Source: Octopus vulgaris
Taxonomy: Eukaryota
NCBI GenBank assembly: GCA_951406725.2
Contig: OX597832.1
Span: 930,001 to 994,000, forward strand
Reading direction: 5' to 3'
Length of the DNA: 64,000 nt
Shown in pieces: positions 1 through 12,382 of this stretch (positions are counted from its first letter, which is position 1; every line of letters starts with the position of its first letter). The position numbers and the translations under genes were made by a program. The notes under the pieces were generated by a model. It did not search any database. It worked only from the letters and a program-made list of their open reading frames with translations, and was not told the DNA's origin.

Positions 1-65
1 AAAACAGGTTTCGAAAAACTTGTTTCGTAATCGTGAATTGAAATATGTAAAATGATAAAAGTTGG

Positions 66-620
66 TTATGCGTGCATATTAAGACGTGTTTTGTATTTTT
101 CAATGAAAAAAATTTCTTTATTTAAACGTTCTTGTGGAGAGATTGTGTCTTTGCACTGGTAGAAGGGGTAGCCTGTGAAATTTGGTTTGATGTTATCTTC
201 ACATTTTTCTATATGTTCACTGAGAGGAATTTGCCTGTATTGCGGGAAAAGGATTTGCTCTTTATGTAGAGTGGTTCTCTTTTTCAAGGTCATACTCGTC
301 TGTCCAATATAGTTGTGTCCGCAACCCGAGCAGGTTATTACATAAATTAGGTTCTCAGAAGTACAAGTGAAACTAGTTTTAATTGTGAACCTTTGTCCTT
401 GTTTGAAAAGGAAATCCGAGCCTTCAAGTAGGTTGGGGAAAGTCCCACAGTTTGGGCGTCCACATTTTTCGACCGTTGGTTTCGTGGGTGTTTTGTAAAG
501 CTTCGCATTTGTTAGTAGTCTCTTAAGCGATTTGCCTTACTTTTTACATTTGATGAGTTTGTGTGTTTTCAGGATGTCGTTCATTTTTGGATCTCTAGTT
601 AGTAAAGGAAGATTTTGCAC
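66..620 (-). mobile_element. Penelope-like element, C-terminal GIY-YIG endonuclease remnant
   Basis: Minus-strand translation reads FTCTSENLIYVITCSGCGHNYIGQTSMTLKKRTTLHKEQI...LSEHIEKC, a GIY-YIG motif pair with the conserved R and H. Confidence 0.85.
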
Positions 621-630
621 AATAGTACAA

Positions 631-2942
631 TGTCTGGCTGTTTGCTTTATAGTGGCTGGTTCATACCACTTTGTCACGTGAGAAGGAGTGTACCATTTTC
701 ACTACATCTCCCCTTTTTGTTTTTTTCTTTGGAAAGCAAGTAATTTTATTTTACTTTATTCATCCCTCCCCCCGTCTTAGCGTGTTTTTTCCCCAACTTA
801 ATATTTTTTCTTTTTGGCGTCTATTTGTAGGAACTCTGTGTTCCTTTTCTTCCACTTCTACGCGTGGATTCAATCACTTGTAACGGTGTTAGTACCTGGA
901 ATGTATCATATAGCCATTCTATAGGTTCTTCCAATCTGTCTGGTTCATTTTCTATGAATCTCTTCTTTAATTGGTTTCTGTATCTTTTGTCAATACCTTT
1001 TCTGCTTTTAATTCCGTACATCATTTTCCTATGTACTTTGTAATTTTGCCTTCTTCCCAGTGTTGTTATCCGTTTTTATACGACCTCTTGTACACCTTAT
1101 CACCAATTCTGAAAAATTTTGGATTGTCTTTCTTGATACTTTTTCTTTCCTCTCCAAGTAACAGTTTATCAAAACCTGATTTCACCTTCCTCGCGAACAT
1201 CAGTTCTGCTGATGAGCGTCTTGCTTGTGTATTGTGGTTTGGTGTCACTCTGTATACCCTTAAGAATTGCTATAGAGTGACTTCATCTGTGATTTCCTTG
1301 TTTGCTTTTCTCTGCCTGTCCCTTTGATTTGGGATGGTAAGGCGCTATCATTTTACTGTTCTACTGTGAACATTTCGCAGAATTTTCTAAATTCACTGGA
1401 CACAAATTGTGTTCCATTATCAGATACAGTCACGTCTAGGATGCCAAATCTTGCGAATAATTCGTGCATAATATTTATTACCGTTGTGGAGGTTGGTCTT
1501 TTGCACTTAACAATTTCTGGCCATTTTGTAAAACTATCAACTACTACTAAATAGTAATAATCATTTAATAGATCCGCAAAATCGATGTGTAATTTTGTCC
1601 ATGGACTTATTACTTCTGCTTTTTTTCTTACCGAACCTTTTTTTTTGTTTTCTTTCGCTGACCACAGAATTTTTTTGCTTCATTAACGCGTGTCGCTTTA
1701 TCTCCTCCGGAGTTATTGGTAACTCTCGTACAATGTTCTACAGTATGTGTTTAATTTCCCCTTCGACTCTTAGAGCTGGTATTACTGTGTCTTCGAATGG
1801 TTCGCCATTTCTGGCTAGACTTGGGTAGGGTTAGGGTTAGAACCTATAGAATGGCTGTATGATACATTCCAGGTACTAACACCGTTATCAACGTGTTCTA
1901 GCTTTTTCGAAGGTAAATATTCCATTGCATAGTCATAGTTTAGTAGTATGGTGCCCCATCGCTGCAACCTGTTTGCTGTATCTACTGGGATTCCTTTCTT
2001 GGATCCATAAATCATTAGCAACAGGCGATGGTCTGTCTAAACCGTCTACCATGTGTAAACTTGTGGAACTTTTTTATGCCAAATATAATCGCCAATGCCT
2101 CGTTTTTAATTTAGCTATAATTTTTTTCCCGTTGACAATAGTGTCCTTGACGCGTAAGCTATGGCCTTTTGGCTGCCATCTTCACATTTGTGTAGGCGTA
2201 CTTTCAAGCATCTGTTGCCAGTATCGTTTCGAACTTCGGATCGAAGTGTGTAAGCGACAAGTTTGAAGTTAACATACTCTTTAGTTCCTCTGCCTTCTGG
2301 CATTTTTCTAACCAAAACCATTTGGCAGCCTTCTTTAACTGCTCGTTTAGTGGAGCCCTTGTATTGTGTATGTTCGGGATGTTTACTTGATAGTAGTTTA
2401 CCAAGCTTAAAATGCTTTGATGTTCATTAGGGGGAGGCATATTCTGTATTGTCGTCGTCCTTGATGAGTTTGGTCTGGTCTTCGTCCCGTTTCGTCATTT
2501 ACTCGATCCAAATATTTTGATTTTTTTCATAAAAAATTCACACTTTTCCTCTGTTAGTCTAAATCCGTATTAATTTATTTTTCTGAATACTTTTTTTAAT
2601 ATATTCGAAGTGTTGCTCCACTGTCTCGCTCTTTATCAAAATATCATCGAGATAAGCAATAGTCCCGATCATTTAACACTGCGTCCATCACTTGTTGGAA
2701 GGTTCCACTTTTACTCCAAAAGGAAACCGCTACGATGTGTGTTGATTGTTAAAAGGTGTGCGCAACCTTCCTCTACATGTATCTGTAGATAGGCCTCCGG
2801 GAGGTCTAACGTCAAGGAAAATTTTCCTCCATTTAGTTTTGAGAACACTTCTTCTGGGCTTGGTAATGGATAGTTGTGTTCGAGTAAACAGTCAATTAAT
2901 CCAGGTGAAAAGTCTGCACCAACTCTTATCATTTTTTCTTTA
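631..2942 (-). mobile_element. Decayed Ty3/Gypsy LTR retrotransposon (K02A2.6-like pol: RT, RNase H, integrase) with PPT and short 3' LTR remnant
   Basis: RT motifs IRVGADFS, YPLPSPEEVFSKLNGGKF, LDLPEAYLQI. RNase H: ILATDA, IAYASRTL, RLQRWGTILLNYDY. Integrase: LHIDFA, VVVDSFTKWPE, SDNGTQF. PPT (AAAAAGGGGAGA on -) at 707-718, followed by TGTAG...CA at 706-631. Many stops and frameshifts. Confidence 0.88.
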
Positions 2943-3215
2943 TGTAGTGTGATGGAGGAAAAGGACAACAGAAAAGGAAGCAAACGGGAGAAAGAAATAC
3001 AAAAGGCCTTACCTGTTGACCTCGGCGGAATGAGCGATCACTCTCAAGAAATAAACACGCCTTTGCTCGCTGCCGTCTCTGCTCGAACTAACCACACGCA
3101 TGCCCCGTGACTGTTCCACAGGCCCCTGCAGTCGTTACTTCCATCTACCTCATCTGCAATCCCCTCCACCAACACCACATAGCTCATCACAGTCCATAAC
3201 ACCACTAACACCACA
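2943..3215 (-). repeat. 3' LTR of element 2943-7204
   Basis: Direct repeat of 6928-7204 with TG...CA termini. Confidence 0.92.
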
Positions 3216-3499
3216 CGCCCCCCTGATCTAAAGATCACTCAACCGGCTTTCCCACTCACTCCTCGCTCCCGAACTCACACATTAACTGGTTTCATAATCA
3301 GCCAACCAGGGAAAAGGGTGTCGCTCCCTCTGTGGTCGCCGTGCAACCCCGGGACTGGCCTGAGTTCCTGGCATGCTGCTGCTGGCTTCATCATCTTGTC
3401 TACTGAAGCTGTCTTCATCTTCTTGCCTTCTGTTGCTGTCTTAATCTTCTTGCCCACTGCTGCTGGTTCTATCCTCTGAGGCATGGACAATCTTCCGTA

Positions 3500-6191
3500 C
3501 ATCCAAAACGTGGCGTGGAATACCATTGGCAGAGACGTTGTTCTTCGAATTGATGGCGGTTATTGTTCCCTTTACCCTTCGTGATGTACACCGTGCGTTT
3601 GGGGTTATACCCAAACTTCCCCGACCTGCACGAAGGCGTGCTCTTCCTCTGCCCCGAGTCGCATTGATGCAGTACACGGATGCCTCCACTCGTACCTGAA
3701 TATTTCCCTGTGTGGCACCGACCCCTCGGCCTGTTCTGACCTGGGCGACATATTGTGCCAAATTATGGCCTCAATTGGTGAAATGTGGCCCCTCTCTGCC
3801 ATGGTCTTGATGGTACGGTGATGCCTTTCCACCACCCCATTTCCACTCGGCCGGTATGCCGCCCTGAAGAAGCGGTTGACCTGTCACCCATCAAGCATTT
3901 CTTTCAGCACCTCCGAGCGAAATGCAATGCCATTATCCAGAAGCAGTTCATCCACGGGGCCTCGTTCCAGGAATATCTCATTTAATACTTTCACGATTCC
4001 CTCTGCGGTCCCCGTCTTCATCTTCCTCCATATGGCCAACCTCTCCGGTCCGCAGTCAACCATTGAGAAGTATGTCCCCTGCCGGTAGTGTGTTATGTCC
4101 ACCGCCAGTCGTTTCCAGTCGTGGTCCACTGGAATACTTCCCGCCTCATATACGCCCGGAGCAGGGTCGATGGACTGGCACCTGTTACACCTGCTAACCA
4201 CTCTCTGCACGCTCCGTCTTGTTACATCGGAGTCAACTTTCCTGGCTAGGAACAACATCCTGTCCACCACCATGTGATGCATGGTATGCAATCTCCTCAA
4301 CTCCGAGTCACTCAGACGACATACTGCAGCTACATCCTGCTCCGCATCTTCTGGCACCTGCAACCAGGCTCGCTTTACCCTGGTCAGGACGTCTGCCCTG
4401 TTCTTCTCGGAAGGCACAAAGATCACGCTCAGCTTCAGATTGAACTCTGTGTTTAGTTCACGCAGTATCCCCAATCGACGTTTTACCAGCATCTCTGCTC
4501 ATTGGTGATGACTGCTGTCACCCAACCAAGTAAAGTGGCCGAATCAGTCCTGATTTCTATGGTGTGCAGCCCCCATTTCAAGGCTAGGTTCACTCCCTTC
4601 AATACGGCATCTAACTCCGCCACATTGATGATTGCAGTCATCCATTTTCCTGAGCCAGGCTGCATCTTCCACCACGACGCCTCCCACTTCCAAAACAACC
4701 CCTATTGCGATGCTACTGGCATCACACCATACAATCTCGCTCTGTCATTTGGGAACATACCAACTGCCCCGCACTGGATCATCTGCTCTCACTCTGACCA
4801 AGACTTCCTGTATCATGTCGGTCGTCTTCTCCCCCACTCTATCGTTCCACTTCACGCCTTCGGCTCGTTTCTTGATGAAGCTACATGCTGTCTGGAGCCA
4901 TCCTGCAATCGGGTAGTGTCCCACCAGCTTCCCACACACCGAGAACAGTTCCCGTCTACTCATGCTGGTGCTCAGTTCGGGGATCTCGTTCCCGCGCCGG
5001 AACACCAATGCGCCAGCCTTGTCTCTCCATAGCTTGAGGCGCAGTGCAGCGCCTCCCACCATTGCCTCTGGTGACTTGGCGACCAGTGCAAAACTTTTCA
5101 GGTGGCCTATGACCTCCGTTGCTGACATTACGGTTTCATCTACCAGAATGTCATCAATGTACGAATTGGAGGCTTTTTTTTTCTGTCCACCTTTCCCAGC
5201 ATGGCCTTGAGAATTGTTGCCATAATCTTTGGCTCTGAATTTAGCCCGAACCCCAACCTGGTCAGACAGTATGTCCGGCCCTTATACCTGACAAACTGAT
5301 ACTTCCACAGTTTCTCAGCCACATGCACTTGCAGGTATGCCGACTTCAAATCGACGATCGTGGAGGCCCCTGTCATCTAACTCCACTCTCGCAAGGTGTC
5401 TCTGCAGACATCTGTGGCCTCGCCGCCTGTATGACATGATACGTGGTCATTCAGCTCTGGGAAGTCAAGCTCTGGCCTGACCTTATGCTTTGTGGGCTGT
5501 ACCACCGCCATCAGTGGCAGGACTCCGCTCTCTACTTTTTCTTCCCAAGGAATCAATATGCCCTCCTTAATCCACAGCTCCACCCACCCCCTCGAACTCA
5601 CTTCTGGCATCTACTTTTAGAGTATGCTGATAGCAGCCCACTTTATTTTTTAACGTCGGGGGCTCTCCCTTCCAGTGCCACTTCACTGTCCACCTCTGGC
5701 CATCGAAGACAGCCTGAAAGCCCTGGTTTTCAAATTGCGTGTGCAGCATAGTTTTCTTCGCAGTTCTCACCAATGCACGGTCTCGCCATACACGGTTTCC
5801 CCGCAAACCCAAACGTTACACCGGCCTCGTTAACAGTGACACCTCCCAAACGGGTGATTGCATCCATCCCCATCACCACGTCAATCTCGTCCACCAAGTG
5901 GCCAACTACAATTGCTCGCAGCGTCAGCCTTATTCCCTGCACCACAATATGCGCATCTGTAATGCCTTCACAGTGTACCTCTCTTCTGTCGACTGCTCTT
6001 ACACTGCTTTCTCCACTCCACGTCTCTACCACTTCTGAAGTCATCAGGGTCGTCGTACAGCCCGTGTCCACAAGGGCTCGCGACATCTTCCCCTCCACCA
6101 GAATGTCGACTACAGGTAATAATGATAAACGCGCCACTATTGATCCAAAGGAACAAGTACCGGCGCAGTAGTCTCCCTTAGACCGTTTCCC
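3500..6191 (-). pseudogene. pol: pol pseudogene (aspartic protease, RT, RNase H, integrase)
   Basis: ORF pieces 5730-6239 (LVDTGC), 5377-5610, 5140-5376 (DLKSAYLQV, RLGFGL), 4745-5128, 4483-4698 (INVAELDAVLKG, TDS), 3884-4492 (H-H-C-C, WKRLAVDITH, DNG) and 3605-3835 (VERHHRTIK), broken by stops and frameshifts. Confidence 0.9.
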
Positions 6192-6860
6192 CGCAGACAT
6201 TCGCTGGCTATATGTCCCGTTCCTCGACACCGGTAGCAAATGACCTCAGGCTTGGGTAACACCCAGTCTCGTACCATGTGCGGACCCTGACACCGGAAAC
6301 ACTGTCCTTTGAATGGTCGCACACGTTCTTTCTTTGACCCCTCTTCGCTGCTCTTTGCTCGGCCACTTTTCGTTGTTGCAGTCGCTGCTACCGACGTCAT
6401 CCTGCAGCACGAAACTAGCACGCGAGCCCGAGATACAATGTCTGCCATCACCATCGAGTTAATGTTCGGCAGCTTCTGCAACTCGACCGACATGTGGTCA
6501 GGAAAGTCAGTCACAAACGCTAACTTAACCGTCCGGTACAACGATTCTCCCTCATATCCCGTCAGTTCAACCAATCTTCTGAGTTCGTTTGCAAATACGT
6601 TAACCTGTTCCCCAGTCCATTTTGCTTTCCCCAGGCGAGCGTACGCTTCGAATATTTCCTCTGCAAAGGCCTCCATCAAACGGATTTCTATTTTCTCCAC
6701 GCTAAGTTGCGCCCTTTCTTTCATTTCTAGGTACAGCGCCAACGCCAAACCATCTAAGTCGTTTATACCGTGGAGCTTCGCCACCAACTTCATCTTCTAC
6801 AACCAAGCAACTACATCCGTGCCACCGCAAAATGGTTTGACCATATCGTTCGAAATACGG
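6137..6860 (-). pseudogene. gag: gag with C-terminal zinc knuckles
   Basis: ORF 6137-6793 contains CFRCQGPHMVRDW and CYRCRGTGHIASEC and is homologous to ORF 34529-35290. The N-terminus is disrupted by a stop. Confidence 0.88.
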
Positions 6861-6915
6861 ACGACACTCATCATTGGGGGTTTTTTGTGGGGGGGGGGGC
6901 TTTTTCTTGTTATGG

Positions 6916-6927
6916 ACCAAAATAGCT
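6916..6927 (-). promoter_or_regulatory. Primer-binding site, complementary (2 G:U pairs) to tRNA-Phe(GAA) nt 1-12
   Basis: Minus strand AGCTATTTTGGT directly after the 5' LTR. Metazoan tRNA-Phe begins GCCGAAAUAGCU. Confidence 0.7.
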
Positions 6928-7204
6928 CGTAGTGTGGTGGAGGAAAGGGACAACAGAAAAGGAAGCAAACGGGAGAAAGAAATACAAAAGTCCTTACCTG
7001 TTGACCTCGGCGGAATGAGCGATCACTCTCAAGAAATAAACACGTTTTGCTCGTTGCCGTCTCTGCTTAAACTGACCACACGTGCTTCCTGCCCCGTGAC
7101 TGTGCCACAGGCCCCTGTAGTCTTTACTTCCGTCTACCTCATCTGCAATCCCCTCCACCAACGCCACATAGCTCATCATAGCCCATAACACCACTAACAC
7201 CACA
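6928..7204 (-). repeat. 5' LTR of element 2943-7204
   Basis: Direct repeat of 2943-3215. The inner terminal CA is mutated to CG. Confidence 0.92.
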
Positions 7205-7345
7205 CTTTATATAAATCGTCGCAGCTGCCCAATCTGAATGATCGACTTTTTCAATAATAGCTACATTTTCTTGTCTTTCTAGCTCTTTACAGACCTGATC
7301 CAACGCCGCAAACGGCACGTTCCGTTTGGACTTAAAAAACAGATG
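7205..7345 (-). mobile_element. Continuation of the host Gypsy RT interrupted by element 2943-7204
   Basis: Translates KRNVPFAALDQVCKELERQENVAIIEKVDHSDWAAATIYIK, which joins across the TSD to ...IRVGADFS at 2942. Confidence 0.85.
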
Positions 7346-7384
7346 TTGCCTTTTCTTTTATCGCGATCCTCGCTTTTGTTTTAG

Positions 7385-9890
7385 TGCAACAACTCACCAC
7401 AAAGTAAAACATCACATTTCAATCACTAGTCCTCCAGTACACACCTGCACACATCATCAACCAACAGACATACTTGATGTTACAAAGACCGAGTTTGACA
7501 AATTGGAAACTTTGGGCATCGTTCGTTGATGTAACAGTCCCTGGTTTTCACTTCTACGTTTTGTAACAAAAACCGTATTTGAGGTTGGTAACCCTGCTGG
7601 GTTTATCGCTGTCTCAACAAAAGCACTACATACATCTGCTACCCCATTTCACATATACAAGACTTCTCCAAAAGGTGCTCAATATTCTCCAAAATCAACC
7701 TCATCCGAGGTTATCATCAAATGCCTATACAAGATGAAGATGTTCTTAAGACTGTTATTACCACTCCCTTCGGACTGTATGAATTACTACGTACATTTTT
7801 CACATAAAAAATGCAGCACAATCCTTTCAATGCTTGATAGACACCGTGTGCCAGGGTCTAGACTTTCTTTTTGTATACCTAGCAAACATCCTTATTATAA
7901 GTCAACATGCTGAAATACTTGTAGCACTTTTTGATTGAGCAATTCGGTTTGATAATCAACACTGTAAAGAGTATCTGTGGTGCTAAAGAAATTAACTTCT
8001 TTTGACATCAAATCACAGGTACTGATGCTACACTCCTACCAGGAAAAATGAAAGCTGTCCTATCCTTTTCATGCCCCACCACAAACGAGGCTCTGTAACA
8101 ATTTGTGGAATGGTAAACTTTTATCATCTTTTCATTCCATCTGTGGCAAAATTGATGATACAAAGCATTATCTGGGAAAAGTTCCAAAAACATGTGGAGA
8201 GGGACAGTGCAATGACCTTCTACAAAAGAAGTTCTCACTAAAACAACCATGCTTTTCATCTCCACTTATCAGTATCAACCACACTCACAGTGAATGCTTC
8301 AGATACAACCATTGGTGATGTTTTGGAACAATACATAGATGATCAGTGGCAACCTTTAGCTTTCTTTAGTTGACAACTTCAACCATCTGATCAGAAATAT
8401 AATACTTTTGACAGAGAACTGTTTGTTGCTCATCTAGGTGTTTGACATTTTCACTACTTTTTGAAAGGTCAACCTTTCATGATTGACACAGACCACAAAC
8501 CACTCAGCTTTGCTATGAACAAGCTATCAGAGCCCTGATCTGCACATCAGCAGTGACAGTTGTCAGCCATTTCCGAATACTCTACTGATATTGAGCTCAT
8601 CGCTGGTAAAAGCAATCCAGCTGCAGATGCACTTTCTCATGCCCCTATTGACACTAATATCTACATTACCTTAATGATGAACGGTATTGACTGTATGTTC
8701 AATAAACAAACGATGAAATCAGGGCCTAGCACACAGCTCTCACTTCCCTTTCCTTGCAGGATATAAATTTCCACTCCAACGTAACAACTTTCTTTTGCAA
8801 CATAACAATTGGGAAACCACAGCCAATTATTCCATAAACCTGGCACTGAAAAAATTTTGACATCATTCACAGACTTGGTATCAGGTGACACAGTATGTCT
8901 GACATAGTATGGCCAAGCAAATTGGAGAGTGGACCAAAATCTATATCCCTTGCCAACAAGTGAAAATCCATCAGCCTACCAAGCACCTCTTAGCAACTAT
9001 GAATCTCCACAAGCCTATTTCAGCCACCTTGTTGACTCCAACCATCATTGTTATGTTACTCATACCCCTCTTACCATGGTGGATCGCTTCACTCGTTAGC
9101 CCGAGGCTATACCTCTCTATAACACAGAAACACAAGAAATCACCTGTCCCTTCATTGTAAACTGGGTCATTCGTTTCAGTGTCCTGGATAGCATCTTATT
9201 GGACAGTGGACCTCAATTCATCTCAAAGATAGGAAATGACATTGTGAGCTTTTCGGCCTCAACATGAATTACACAACAGCCTATCACCCACAAGCCAATG
9301 ACTTGGTGGAGTAATTCCACCGCTGCTTGAAGGAGTCCCTCATCACTAGACTTAACGGGTCCAACTAGATCAACCACTGCCATGGGTGATGTTGGGAATT
9401 CTCACTACAGTTAAGAAAGACTTAAATATTTCCTCTGCAGAAATAGTATAAGGCGTGCCACTTACTGTACCTGACAAATTCATTTTGAACATGAACTCGA
9501 ACCCTGATTCTAAAAAGAGAGGTAATGTAGGCCAGTTACCCTATGTCAATGGATAGTACACCAAAGTCCTCTATTCTACGTGATTCTCAAAGAGCAAAGT
9601 TTGTGTTCATTCATTGTGATGCACAGTGAAAACCCGTTTCCGCCACTTTATGATGGACCATGACAAGTCATTTCAACTCCTGATTGAAGGGCGACAGGAC
9701 ATGATTTCCATTGATAGAAGCCAGCCCATTTCAACATTGATAGCAGTTCAACCACGAAACCAAAAGCATTTATAGGAAATCAGCAACTCATCTCCTTCCC
9801 GAATGATGAACAGTTGTGCAGGACAAGTGGTGAAAATACCCTATTAGTTCCGATGACAAAAACAATTCCATGGGAAGTATGTAGAGCATT
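7385..9890 (+). mobile_element. Decayed Ty3/Gypsy pol (CsRN1-like)
   Basis: Motifs KHHISITSPPV, FSKINLIRGYHQMP, KTVITTPFGLYE, WQPLAFFS, YNTFDREL, TDHKPL, GKSNPAADALS, and integrase TTAYHPQAN. Purine tract plus TGTAG near 9872-9883. Confidence 0.85.
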
Positions 9891-10525
9891 ATCTTTAAAA
9901 TTGTAAAGGATGAACTGTCATTGCAAATTAGCTGAACGGTGATCATTCACTGTAGACTTAGTATTTAACTGTGCAGCAAGGAAATTCCCTTGATACTTTG
10001 TGATCCAATCTTCATTCTGGGATAGGCCTTCTCTCACTGCTAGCAATGTTTATGCTGTCACCCTTATTTATGTAGCTTAGCAAATATTGGAGAGACTCCT
10101 AGTTTTTGTTTAGACGTCTCTCTAGTTGAAGGAAAACCTTGATATAACACTCACAACTTCATATGCAACCAATGATATGGACTAGTTCTTTTTGAGAAGA
10201 TGCATATATTGTTTAGAGAGTGGGATCTGCCCCGTGCAAGGCTTTTCCTTAGTTTAAATACTTCAGATATATACGTTGTTTGATTTTTAACATATGTTGC
10301 ATACCATGATTGAATGTAGACGAAAAAGGCAAAACAATAAAAAATTCCATGAAGGTATATATCAGCATGGGTAGTAACCTCTCTTAACATCTGCTGCGAA
10401 AGGCATCTGTTATTGCCACATCTATGCAAAAGATCATAGGCCCTTAGCAGAACTGAAAGATCACATTTAGGCAGCTGATATTTAAGAGTTGCAGTCAGCA
10501 TATATGTTAGGTATGTATATAAATA

Positions 10526-11384
10526 CGAAGTGATATCAAAAAGGTCCCGGACTCGTCCTGTAGCGTACCAACTGATGACGCAGTGAGAGTTAACAGGAAC
10601 TTTCATGAGGCAGTGTTCCGAGTGACATTACTACTTTTGCCTTGCAAGCTGTGAAATTTGTATTTTTGTGATCATGCGTATGCTGTTGCAATTTTGTCAT
10701 GGACAGGAACAAAGAGTCAACGTGAAATTTTGTGTTAAACTTGGAAAGTCTACTACAGAGACATTGAGCATGCTTCAGCAAACTTACGATGACAAGGCAA
10801 TGGGTCGTACGCAATATTTCAAGTGGCACAGGCACTTCAAAAGTGGAAGAACGTCCCTGGAAGACGATGAATTATCTGAAAGATCTGTCATGAGTGTCAT
10901 CCCAGGGAATCTGGAGAAAATTCAACAGTTTATGCATGACGATCATCGGAGGACGAATTAACGTTTTAAAGCATTTGTGGGAGGACATTCAATGAAAGAG
11001 ACCGGATCTGTGGAGCACGAAGAATTGGATTCTTCACGACAACAATGCACCCTGTCACCGAGCTCTCCTCACTCATAAGTTTCTTGCCAAAAACAATGCC
11101 TCCCTATTCGCCATATTTAACACCAGTGGTGTTAAATTTCCCAAAATGAAATTGCAGCTCAAAGGTCGCCGTTTTAACAATATTGTCGAGATCAAGAGTA
11201 AATTACTGAAGGTCCTCGACTCACTTACAGAAAATGGCTTCCAAACCGGATTCCAAAAGTGGCAGGAACACTGGAACTGGTGTATTGCCACACAAGGTGA
11301 TTATTTCAAAGGAGATGAAACTTAGGCAAATAGGTTATATTTTATTAAACATAACTAGTCCTGGAACTTTTTGCAACCACCTCG
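10526..11384 (+). mobile_element. Internally deleted mariner transposon
   Basis: Imperfect ~28-bp TIRs flanked by TA. HTH region EQRVNVKFCVKLGKSTTETLSML...FKWHRHFKSGRTSLEDD, then a jump to WILHDNNAPCH. Confidence 0.9.
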
Positions 11385-11391
11385 TATATAT

Positions 11392-11581
11392 ATAGTATGC
11401 GTTTTTCAAGTTGACCTTCTGTGTCTGTTTTCCGTTCGTTTGTTTACTTACTATGTTGTTTGGCTTATTAATCAATGGAGCGTAGCGTACCCTTTTATTC
11501 ACAGTGAGTTGTTTTTTTTATATTCGTGCAATTTCTATCTATCCTTTCTTCTCCTTTCTCTCTCTCTCTCTCTCGCCCTTC

Positions 11582-11630
<49 letters not shown>

Positions 11631-12243
11631 CCCTTCCCTCTGCCTGCTACAATTTTTCTCTTTCCTACAACTGACACAAGGACCCGAGGTCATCCTTTTC
11701 TTTTTCTCACCAACTTCTCAGGCCTATCGATCGCAACTTCTCTAGTCTCCACTTCAAGATGTTTTGCTGTCTGTTGTCCTTCTGTTCCTTATCCTTTAGG
11801 CTTTCCCTCTTAGCGTTATCCATATTTTCATCTCCGTCTTGCCCTAAGGCTATATTCTGTTTGTGTCCACTAACGGTCTCGTCTTAGATTATTTTTATCC
11901 ATTTTCGTATGTCCATTTCCCTATTGGTTGTTCATCCATTTATTGTTTGTCAGTCTTGTTTTGTTATGTTTTGGTCCCATTCCCAGCAAGTGTCTTGCCA
12001 GTTGACACCAGCGTGGAATCAATATTGTTGGTAATGGCACGACATTGCGTTTGACACACTGACCGATAATTAATGAGGAGTTGGTGACCTACTGTGTTTG
12101 TTTTTCATTCATCTGTGCAATTAGTATATGGTTTTCAACTTCACCTTCTATGTCTGTTTTCCGTTCGTTTGTTTATTTACTATACGTTTTTTATTTATTA
12201 ATCAATGGAACGCAGTGTACTTTTTTATTCACAATGAGTCGTT
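11392..12243. repeat. Unit bounded by ~120-bp diverged direct repeats (probable PLE pseudo-LTR)
   Basis: 11392-11513 is similar to 12122-12243. There is an internal (CT)n tract. Confidence 0.55.
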
Positions 12244-12382
12244 ATATATATGATTAGATATTAGATAGCAAAACGAATGGTATATAGGTGGTAGCCTACT
12301 GGTAAAGCACAGTCACTTTCACAGTGTTCATTATGTATCTGGTTGAGAGATGGAAGGTGAAATGTACGAGAGTTTTTTTTTA

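Larger units (their letters stand above)
2943..7204 (-). mobile_element. Full-length compact LTR retrotransposon (gag-PR-RT-RH-IN), decayed, 5-bp TSD
   Basis: LTRs at 2943-3215 and 6928-7204. TSD CTTTA at 2938-2942 and 7205-7209. PPT-like AGGGGGGCG abuts the 3' LTR. Gag has zinc knuckles; protease ALVDTGC; RT YIDD at 5150-5161; RNase H CDAS/ELDA/TDS; integrase HHCC + DDE. Confidence 0.95.
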
